From Ophelia neglecta (Eukaryota): a stretch of DNA of 64,000 nt. Numbering within the stretch: the first letter of the stretch is position 1; the number at the start of each line of letters is the position of its first letter. A program made the position numbers and the translations under genes. The DNA is taken from NCBI GenBank assembly GCA_965285935.1, contig OZ260663.1:66278001-66342000 (forward strand), read 5' to 3'. Positions 15,101-27,100 of the stretch are shown piece after piece. Under the pieces are notes generated by a model. That model was given only the letters and a program-made list of their open reading frames with translations, was not told the origin of the DNA and searched no databases.

Positions 15101-18100
15101 GTATACACCAAGTGAGCCTGAGTACTGGTCTGTAGAGGGTATCCTCTAAGCGTAAGAGAACAGGAAAAGTCAACTTCTACAGTCAGGTCTTTCATCAGTT
15201 TTGAGTGTGATGTCGGCTTGATTTGCAAATCTGTCAACGATATATCTAAGGAAAAAAAAACAATGATTGCATAGACCTTATTTAAATTTTAATAATTAAT
15301 TAACAAAATAGCTTGAAAAAAAAATCCGAAATAAATAAACCACAATACAATTATGTGTACATAATACCTCGTTCACAATCCATGCCAACATCGGAGTAAA
15401 AGAGTGGGTAGCAGTGAAAGTTATCCCCACTGAAGTCGTCGATCCATCCTGGTACCATCCCAGAATCTTTCATTACCTCCAAACACAGGTGATTCATACC
15501 GGCTATTGACAAATACAACATAGAATATTACCAAAATCGTGTTGTTTGACCTTCGTGACGGTGGCAGGCGGATAACCTGATGCATCTTTGCCATGAACAA
15601 AGTTCATGCTGGCAAATCAGGAAAAATCATGTGCCAACCAAGTAAAAATGCACAATAAACGGAATTAGCTAACAATGTAAACCAAATACATCACAAGTGC
15701 TCTATAGATTTTCGGCACTCTCTTTTATTACAGAAGCCTTGATTTTATTAGAAAAGGGAAGTCTAGGAAATTACTTGTGCATGATGTGGGCGGGAGTGGA
15801 AAGGTTGCCGAAATATCTGTAAAATGGGCTGCAGTTTGAGAAGCCATTTCTACATTTCTTGCGGCTAGGTTGTTAAAAGTAGCTCCTAGAAAAGTAGCTC
15901 CGTCTAACTGTGGAGCAGAGTTTATGTAGAGTTGAAAGGTAAATATGTCGTCTGTGTCCGGTACAGGGGCCGCAATATCCGATCCCACATTGAGAATAGT
16001 TGTGTTAAAGTACACCTGGTGGGTGGCCGGACCTAGTCGGATAAGTGAACCTTGGTCTGAACGAAGCAGGGAAAACTCCGTCATGGCTAGTCCTGAGATA
16101 TTAAAATATAAAATATTCATAACATTTGTTCAATATACATTCATAATACCAAACTGCTTATTAGTTGGCCATATCCAACCTGCTCTAATACACCTGAGAG
16201 CCATGACTAATTTCCAACGCTTAAAGTAATCTAAAAACAAACACATTATATTCATGATGTTACTCGCCTTGAATGTTATCACATAAGAACTTTAGTGGTT
16301 TCCACAATATGTTGTTTTCTGTTGAATCCGTTTCCACTACTGCTCCATCAGAGTTGATCCATATCCCTACATACGTGGATTGACCACAGAACTGTTGATG
16401 ATACTTGTACAATGGGTCCTCACTTGTATATATAGATACCTGTCCTGTGACTAAATCAAAATAGACCTTATTGATTCACAAAAACTAAATAGATAAGGAA
16501 TTAAAGGTAGTATTTGAATGGGTTACATTTAGAATTTTTCATTGTTGAAATTACTCACATGAAACGGAAGTGCCGCTTGAAACAGAGTGGCTGTTTTCTC
16601 CGGAAAATAGGTCTGCATTCGACGGATTATCCCAAATCTTGTCTATTGATAGGATTGCTTTATACTTGAAATCTGTTGGTTGTACCCCTGCTACTTGGTA
16701 CTTAAATATAAATGTAGTATCTTCGCTGCCGTAAAGCACATTATGATAGTGATCAGGTTCTAACAAGATCTCTAACAGTTCAAGATCTGTCTGAGAGTCA
16801 CAGACATCGCCGCCGACAGGAAATGTCAGAGTCGCTTCGTTGTTGTCTTCGTTAGTCTCCAATACATCATTTTCCGAATCGATCACAACTTTCAATATTC
16901 CCTGCGCGCTGCCACAGAAGCTCAAGAATGCATCCGATGGGAGAAATAAAAAGTCACCTATAATATGAAAATGTTGCAAAGATATTAAGTGTCTATGCAA
17001 CTGTACACATTTAACAGAAATAAAAAGGAAACCAATTTATGTGCCAAGTAACCCACCCAAATGTAAAACGGTGGACCTATGGACTGTTGCTTTGAATTTG
17101 TCAACGGAAATGCTGTAAGGTATTTTTCTCTTCAATCCATTTTCGTTGATTAACTCGAAGTCTATTCGGAAGACAGGCTCTTGAGAGTCGGTCCTGGCAA
17201 CCCAACCGTGATTGCCTGAAAATATCAAAGACATGAATATAACCTTTATTTTACCAGTTAATCATCATACCAGCTACTTAGGAATTCAGATTTGTATGTG
17301 GTAAATGACCAGTTAATTCATATTACCTCCTATGTTGACTTGTACATCTAAGTAAAACGGGAATGGTGTTCCTATTTGAATTTCCGTGAGCCCGCTGAGA
17401 GTAAACATTGGTTGACTTGATGCTATGGTCTTTAACAGCAGGTCGGTACCGACTGTGAAAATATAATAATATTAGTATATAAATAACCCTTTTCAGCAAA
17501 GAATTGTTGCAAAAATGGCGTCAGGGAGTCGAAAGCATCTATCACTAATAGAACGCTGTACCATCGTGAGATCACTGATTTACCTAATGGATTACAAGTC
17601 ACGGGGAATGATTGGTAATTATTGAAGATGACGCATTCATCGATGGGAGATGAAGACGTCGATGTCTTAGCCGAGCCAATTTCCAATGTTAGGAACAAGT
17701 GATCATAGCCCTGTTGACATGCACTTTTAGGTATCAAAACATCTCCTTGCACCTGAAATAAACATTGTAAATAAACAATGATAACTAATTACCCAAATAA
17801 TACTTAGATTTCTCTTATAAATACTTTTCTAAATGCATATCATGCCTTTGAAAAGTCTGCCATTGCAGGAAATGCCGCCAAAGATTCTCTCGTCCGAAGC
17901 TGCTCATTCTGGTAGAACTTCCATACTGGAGTGATATCTATAGCCCCAAGGTGGAGGACGTCTCCCTTTTGTACATACAGCTGGAACAATAACAAATTCA
18001 AATTCATAGCGTTCGGGTTGTAAATATAGACAAGCTCTTCTCAACGATGCGATAGAAAAATAAACGACCGGCATTGTTGACATTAGCAGAGCCAAAATAT

Positions 18101-21100
18101 GTGGAAGTGACTGATGTAATACAATTAAGGAGTTTTCATCATAAGGCATCAATAAGGAATGTACCTTGAAAGCAAAGTTATCATCTTCAGTCGACGCAAG
18201 AATTGTGATAGGCTCCACATTGTACACCTGGGCGGAAAATGACACAGAAAGCGGAACCCCCTCTCCGATAAGCGTCCCCATCTCAGATTGAAAATTAACG
18301 TGGAAAACATCTACAATAGCCAAATAAAATTGGCAGGTTACTTTTCATTTATAAAGCGATATACACGTTTAGTTAACGATGATTAGACAACATAGTAATT
18401 ATATTGCTATCACCTTTGACACATTTAATAAGTGTCATTTCCTCAGCAAGATTATTGTTCTCATTGGTTTCAATAACAATGTTGCCAGGATCAACAACCA
18501 CAAGCAGATAAATCACACCACACAAATGTTTCCATGTTGTTTCCGTTAATGTCTGAAAGGAAAAGCAGGAGGTAAAGTACGTTATGAAAAATAAAGATAT
18601 CTAAAGATATTTGTTACTTTTCTATTTACGTCTATTTACCACTGTGATTGTTGCAGTCCATACGATGCCGTCCCCAACAGCAGCCTTGGAAGAGGTGTCC
18701 ACCGTGTGAAAACTTGGCAGGTCGAAACTTTCATTAAACATTGAGTCTCTGGAGGCATAAAACTGCAACCCTGGCTCTTCCATGGCATCTATGTCGGATT
18801 CTACCGAATACTATACAGCAATAAAAACGAGTCCAAGTTAACTAAATATGCACCTGTGGTTGCCAACTGTTTTATTGAGTTAAAATTGCTATTATATAAT
18901 GAATTAATGTTTGGTTTAGCTTTTAAGAGTTTGCTGGTTTTTAAAAATAATCGAACTTAACCTCCACTTTTAAATTGTATTCAATTTCCATATCTGTTCC
19001 GGACATTACATACGAGTTGAAGCTGAACTCATTCACATTCAAATCTCTTGGTTCTGAAATACATTTAAGTACAGAAAATTAATCACTTTCTGAAAACTCA
19101 AAAAACTCAAAGTCAAGTATTCGTTTTGAATATGAATTTTATAGCATACCGCTACATGCAACATTGATAATTCTTATTTTGTCGTTCATCTTGTAGGAAT
19201 CCACCATCCCCATAGTAATTCCAGCTCCTATATCCACCTCTAAAAACCACTCTCTGCGAAGTAAAAGTCAATGGAATGTCTTATAAAATGGAAACCTTTA
19301 TTCAACGAAATACTTCAATAATTACTGAACCTCAAGGATACATAAGCGAACTATCATATTGTGGTCTTAGTTATTGTGTATATCATTCATATTTTCCTCT
19401 TTGATGTGCTTACTGAGAGTTAATCTTTCCACAAGCCGTTGGTCCAACAGGTAAAATGACCTTCACTCCACTAAAGGTCGTCTTCTCCCCTGCTCGGAGA
19501 CCATCGGTAATCTTCGGAAGGTCCCCGTCCGAAAACAAAAAGTTAGTCAGGGGCAACTCCGTATTATCATCAAGGACTATCTGCAGTAATGCAAATCAGT
19601 GGGTAAGCAAGTCAACCTTAAGGAATGATTTTATTATTATGGTACTAGTATCAACAGCTGGCAGTTTTTATTAGAAAATTACTATTATTATAGCTTTGTT
19701 AATGTCAGTCAGTCTGCCATAGAGTGTTAATTTTCAATTCATGCATACAACCTTTTGGTTTCAAATCGCACGGAATGTAAAATTGAACCTACTCTGAAGT
19801 CAAAAAAGGAAGCTCCATTGTGTGACTTTGGGATGTCGTAGCCCTCGGGGTGTGAGTTGATTAGCGTCACAGAGAATTCCAACTCCGCTTCCTCTATTTG
19901 TATTATATTGGTAGTCGAAATTGTTAAGTCACTGAGCTCAAATAAATCTAAATAAAGAAAGTTTAGCTTTAATTCGGTGAGGAATGCGGTCTTTGAATAT
20001 TAGCATTGCATTGTCTGTGTTGATATTTAAAATGCTAAATATGCTTGATATTCATTTACAATGAAAAAATCGATATAAGAGTGTTAACAATCAAAAGTTA
20101 ACTTTAATTTACCCGTTGGACATTTGATAAGAATCCTCTTCATGACGTAGTTGTTGTCAGGGATAGGGTCTTTCGTATGGTAAGATCGTAATTTTTCGAT
20201 AATATTTGTTGTAGCCTCTGAGATACGTATAGAAGGAAATATTAAGGATGTTATGTAAAGTGGAGCAAGGAATACAAATATTTGACTAGGATACGTTGTA
20301 TATTTCTCTCTATATTATATCTATTATTACTTATTATTCGGGCACCAACGTTTTACTCAATGTCAAACATACTTTATATCTCGCCACAACGCACCTGGAG
20401 TTTTAAAATTGTTCAGGTCAAATAGAACTACCACCAGATACACAGAACCGCATGATAACCCTCCCTCTGCACTTGTGATCAAAAGATCATTGGAATTGAA
20501 ACTGTATGCCACAGTCTCGTCGGATATCTCACTCCACATCTCAGATGAGTGGATTGGGTGTGTATATGCTGAAACGTACGCACATATACATCAAGTGGAT
20601 TATGAGCGAACAACGAATTTGAAAAAAACAGACGTGCCCAATTTCTGTTTTGTTACCGATTGAAGTTAACTGGCATGTGTCCTCAAGTGAACACAATATA
20701 CCATTCTTGACCGATTTGAACCAGACGCCACGCTTTACGCAAGATTTACAGGCATAATATTTAGCTGTATTTAATCATATGCAATAAGGATATGTCTAGT
20801 AATTAATTAGTTCTTCCATGGGCCATCAGGTGAAAATAAACTTGTTTTCGTTTAATCACCAGGACCAATTTACAATGTTGCCTGTTATATGGCATTGAAG
20901 AGACCCATAACATTATCATACTGGCTAATTATCATTCACAAACAAAGAAGAAAGTATCTGTCTTACAAAGCATTTGTTCATAGTTGATCCCATCCCTGGA
21001 GAGGAGGAATTTGTATCTATAGTTTTGGATCCCATCAGAGAAAGGAGTAATGTGGTCTGTCGTGCCTGCGTGGACCTTGGCGTTAAACTCATACTGAACA

Positions 21101-24100
21101 GTTTCGTCTAAACGAATGAAGTCGATTTCCTCAAGCGATGTATCCAGCAGTTTGAAATTTACGGCTTCTAATTCCACAAATGCTAATAATAGAATTGGTT
21201 TTATATAGATCCATTTTCTAAACATTCTATTCATTATACCAGATCACGTTTGTCTTGCAATGATATAAACTTGACGAAAATTACTAATTAAATGTCGGCA
21301 AATCTCAAAAGTTATTACATATTTCACACATAGAGCATTTAATTTTAAAAAAGGGCTTATCTCAGGTGCCGATATTGATAATTATAAAGAGATCCGCAAA
21401 TCGGAAGTTTCTTAATCGTTGCCATTGCGTTAGTCGCATTAGACCCTTATAGTCATACAACAAGTGAGATTTTCTTACAGTCATTACAGACGAGTTTGAG
21501 TTTCTTTGGCTCAGCATTGGCGACTTGGGAATATGATGACGTTGAATAGCCGAGAGACTGCAGATGTGCTGAAGGACTTATAGAGATCACCACACTACGA
21601 CTGGAGCTGGAGGACAAAACACTGCACTCGGCAAGTGACAATGTCAGCTCACCTGAAATGTTTAAGGTCAAATCGTACAATGAACCCGCAGGACGAATGA
21701 CACTTTATACATATTATATGATAATGTTATAATAATGCTTTTATCTATTAATGAACACATTTAATGTATAAACTGCTACAGGAAGGATTTAGTGATAGGA
21801 TGTCACAGTAGATTCACCTGATCCGCTGATAAACACATGTTCTCCAGAGGGTATGGGCTGTCTTTTGATGCTTAAGTCGTACAAGCTGATGTTAAGGGCG
21901 TCAACTGAAGTTCCCATTCCATCATCCAAGAAAATGTGTACGTCAAAATTATCAGACCCATTCTGAAAGGCGTCTGCATACTTCCCCTGGAATAAATTCC
22001 ACATCAATGAAAAAAATGATGGCTTGTTTATTTGTAAGGCCACTACGCTTTGTTCTAGATGTTTATACAACGCTTCACAAAACTAAAGCTTTTCTTCTCG
22101 GATGCAAATAGGTCATTTGGATTAACAAACTTTACCTCATGGGTGACCTTGGCACTAAACTGTATTTTGTAAATGAAACCGGACCAGAATACGGTATCAA
22201 AGGAAAAGGTCAGTAGTTGAGGCTTCACTGAAAATGTATGACGGATTTTAGCAACCATATGGGGAGAAATGAAAATAATTTATTAAAATGAACAGGATCT
22301 TTAGACCAATAAAAGAAGTATTTTCTCAACATACAAGTTAGTTGGCAGACGAGGTTGATATCGATGGAGGCAGGTGTTCCAGGAGAGAAACCGGAGCCGG
22401 TCCTAACGTCTGCCGTCACAGCCAGCAGCCGAGGTTGTCCTTCGGCCAGTAGACCAATACAGGCATCTTTGGACAAGGCACTCGAGGGCAGCGTAGCTGG
22501 ATCGCAATCCAACATACATTTGATAACATAACTTATAATGGCGGAATGTCACTGGCAAATAGAGCAAATCGCCACGATGTTTAATAAGGACGTAGAATCG
22601 TAGTTGAAATAATTGCCGCTATAATGTTTTGTGACTGTAGGTGTTCATCGGCATTAAAGAACTTCTCCAAGATAATGGGAATCTATCTTAAATTTATTGA
22701 TGCCTTGAAATCGCCATTAAACCGAACTTCTTGAGTATCAATTTCTTATCCTGTTGTATTTCATGAAAAAGGTACCATATAGGCCCTATTGAAAATGTTA
22801 AATTACAGCATGAATAGACAAGAGATGTAAACACGCTTGTTTGTTAGTATACATAATTGCGTTATAATTATAGTGGTGCGAGCATATTAATGTCATACCG
22901 TATATCGCAATTGTCACAAGAGCTCCGCCATCTAGACCAGAGAACGTTTTCTGCGCATCACTTTCGTCTACTTCTACCGCGAGTTGAATATCACTAGGGT
23001 CGACTGTGTCATCTGCCGACATATACACCTCCAGGGCAAAATCCGGGTCTTCCGCACTGCCCCCTATCAGCGCGGACGTGTGGGCATTCATCACCTCTAT
23101 CTTTGGTTATCAAATAATATAAATTGTTTAGACCACCTTCAATCAAGATATTCGTGGTTTCAGTGCATGAGCATGTAAGATGTTTATGTGCTAAAATAAT
23201 ATTGATTAAAATGGATGACTGGGACTGCCAAGACAACGAACAGAATATGAAGTTTACCTGGAGGTGCATCACATACGTGGACTGAACATATATATTCGAT
23301 GGAACCCTTTCTTGGGTTCCACTCCCAAATCCTGACTTCACTATAAGGAAAAATGAGCAACGAATTGACAAAAGCAAGACTGTAATTTAATGTCTGCCTA
23401 GTGTAACATTTACACATTTACCATGTATCTTTGGCCATTTTATCCAGATCATCAACTATCAAATTTGTTAGGATCGTTAGAACCATGTGCACATTATATG
23501 TTAGTTATATTTATCTTTAAATGGAGAGAAATACACAAATCACAATTCTGCCATGTGTTATCCTATATGTCATGGTTAACTGTGCTTTTGTCAATAGTAA
23601 CGTGACGACGGCCCCAATTAAAAAACACACTGTGAGCAGCCCATGTGCTTCCCTGAACAATTTATATGGTATCGTCTCACGTGTTGGAGAAGGAGCAGGC
23701 GGGCAGTTCAATCCGATCACACTGGACGCCGGGATAGCTGAAGCAAGAACCGCAACATTGTTACTTTCGTCCACTTCTGGTATACGGTTGTCTCGGTCGA
23801 CTATAATACCAATGAACACATCCTCTCCACAGTAACGTTCGAACCCACTTGGAGGAAGGACGAGTCCGCCTGCAAAACCAAAGTCTTAATTTAATATTTA
23901 GCATATTCGCAAGTTCTACTTACATTGATGCCTATTGATCTCAATGCTTAGCTTGACATAAAATTATGTGATATCAGAGAAGATTTTATATTTCCTGGCC
24001 TGGTTCAACTGGCGTTATAAAACCACTTTCCCTCTAGTCATTTCATTACAATAATTGTGGCCCACAAATGATAATAAACCTGGTTCCTCTACAGAGATGT

Positions 24101-27100
24101 CCATCGTTTCTGTACTTGACGCGGGGACAGATCTGGCCAGTTCATTTCTCTGGCACTGTGTCAGGTACACCGCTATTTCCAAGTCAGTGTTAGGGTCAAT
24201 CTGATTATCATCAGTGATATAGAAATGGACTGAAGTGTGGGGCCATTCCTGATGGGGGAGTGACATATATCCTGTAGTCACGTCGATTGAAGCTGAGTAG
24301 CTTGAAGGTGTATCCACGATCAGTCCTGTGATACCGGTGAAAGCCCCAGCAGCTATGTCGATTGTACCTGAAATCCGCATCCAAACTATCTTAGTGAAAA
24401 ATGGATGTCGTCAAAACGATCGAGTGATTTATAAAATGGAAGTCGTCAAAGAGATCGAGTGATTTATAGGCACTGACACCAAAAATGTGGACTTTTAACT
24501 ACCATATTTTCTGCATCTCGATTGAAGGAGGTCATCTTAGATAAATAAAATATGAAAACTGTTATATATCTACCAGACAAAGAGCAGTCCATAACCACCT
24601 CCTGTGTCAACCAGTCATTGACAACAAAGTCGTCAGTTGGGTCCAACTCAAGTCGGACGTATCTTAAGTGGTCGTTGCATAATACCGCTTCCAGCTCTAC
24701 TTTAACTCTGAAGGACACAGTTGCGGATGCCACGCTGCAGACAAAAACCAGCTATTCTGTACATTTATATAACAAGAACAAACTGTAACTATGAACCAAT
24801 TTTATTAAGCAAACTAAGCAATGGAAAGTTGATAAACCTGATATCTTCTTGAGTTCCTTGACCACCGTCAATCGCCTCAAACGCACCAATCACATTTAAT
24901 TGTACTTCATCTCCGTCTCTTGTTCTGTTCGTGTCCATTAAAACTATGAAGCCAAAGTTGTTGTTTCCCGCCGTTTTACCACTGCAGTCTGCCGCAGTAC
25001 AGGAAACTCGGGCAATGAAAGTAAAAGTCACATCGGATCCAGCCATCCATACTGGTTCAGGCGATAAGAGTTGGAAATCATTCAAAGCCATCGCATCTAA
25101 ACACAATGAACACTAGAATAAACCTGACGTGCAATGTGTTTATCTATAGTTTTGGTGTGCCAGTCAACCTGATTTAAAGTGTTTCTAACATTTATTGAAA
25201 TAATCATAGAATAAATTGTACTATCAACAGTGAAGGACTAGATACAATCACCAATTTTGGATTACATCGATATATGTAAATAATATGCTAGGATGCATGC
25301 CTTGATTTAAAGTTTTATTTCCTAACTTATATATTGAGGGGCAATGTTAACGTATGATCTTTAGGTTAAGATATACACCGTTGTTGTGGCAGGCAAGAAT
25401 AACTTGGTCCATAGCAATGTTGTTATATTCGTATAATTCCTCTATGACATCGTTGCTGTCAATGAAGAGGATTGCGTACACATGTCCGCACAAGGACGAG
25501 TTGGATGGGATGGGTATAGGCGTGCTGGACATAGTCATGGATCCATCTACATCTATCGTAATAGTCACTCCTGAAAATTAATCAAAATTAGTCGCCAGCA
25601 CGATAAAGTAAAACTAGATGACAAATCAGCCAGATGACTACCATTACTAATGTATTTACTTAATATGAATGTCACGTGGCATTTTTAATTGACACTATGA
25701 GGGCAAAGAATTTAAGAAGAACTTGAATATTAAGTTAAATACCAGAATCTATATCCTTTTCGTCGTAGATATTGTTGTCAGACCACAATAAGCTTGTCGT
25801 GAAAGATGCAGGGTCGACAGAGCCCACTGTCACCGTCCCTCCGAGAGTCACAGTTGGCACCGTAACTCCGTCTGCGATGAGCCGGTTTTCGGAGACAGTA
25901 AAGCCACTTACACTCAGATCGTTGACTGAATTTAGATAATAAGAAGATGTACAATTATAAAGTCTCTATTTTCAGTAAAAACTAACCTTAATCAGGGGGT
26001 TAAATTTGTACCTTATATATTTCTTTGCCTAAAAAGTCATTATTTATTCCATCATATAAGTGGCTCTGGTTAGGATTGGAAGAAATTTATTGCGCATGTA
26101 AATTGAAACAATAAGCAACGTCACAATGATGCATTACATAGCCGATCCTTCAGGTGGTTGGGATTTAGGCATTAAATAAGTGTGATAAATTAATTTTCGT
26201 CAACACGAAGAGTTACAAATAAATTTCTTTATTTAGCCTATGCACTTGGTTGATATTTTAATATATATTGGTATCCCTATCTTCTAATTTAAATTTAAAA
26301 AAAAATGATTAACCTGGTGCAGTGTCCGCAACCGTCACTTTAACAGCTACGTAGTTATTATGGAATATTTCATCAACCTCATCTGCCGCTGGCGCCACCT
26401 TAAGTATAATGTGAGTGAAACCAACATTGGAGGTGAAAATGTCGTCTGGAACATGGATGCTGACGTCATGCAGTTCAACACTTGCCCCTGGAGGAATCGC
26501 TGACATTGGGCTGTCCCTTGAGGCTGTATAATCTACCTCTCCTACACGTGTCAGCTCTAGACTTTCACCTGAAAAATAAATATGCCTTTGGAATGATCAT
26601 AATCTGGAACTTGGCTTAACTCAGAAAGGGGTGTCGAAACAAATTCAGCTGAATGAAAGGCAACGTGAATAGTTTCCCTGCAGAAAAAACCAATACGCTG
26701 ATAAGATTACAACTGATTAACAATCCGAATTTATGAAATAAAGTGAAAGGAAGAAAAGGTACGTTCGGAAATGAGGTTAACTATAGGTTCACTGACCTTG
26801 ACCCAACTGTGGAGAGTCACTAAGATAAAGGATGAGGCGGAATGCTGCCTGCCCTCCTTTATATGTCTGGTTATGCATATTGAAAACAATTGCGTTGACG
26901 GTGAAGTCAAAAGACGTATTTGGGTACACGATTGGCTTGAAAGGTCCCAGATATATAGTCATGTCAGAAATTGACCATTTGTCTACGAAAAGAGCAATAG
27001 AGAGTTAGAAGTGTTAATAAAATCAACCTTTTATGCTAGTTTCTTTCAATTCGTTTAAGAGAAAATACCCAAAAGTTGATACCTCGAATAAGTATACATT

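Noticed and set aside
9003-24467. Short direct repeats (9003-9082, 24398-24467) as CRISPR-like arrays
   Set aside because: Only two adjacent copies each, no spacers, in eukaryotic introns; these are simple tandem duplications.
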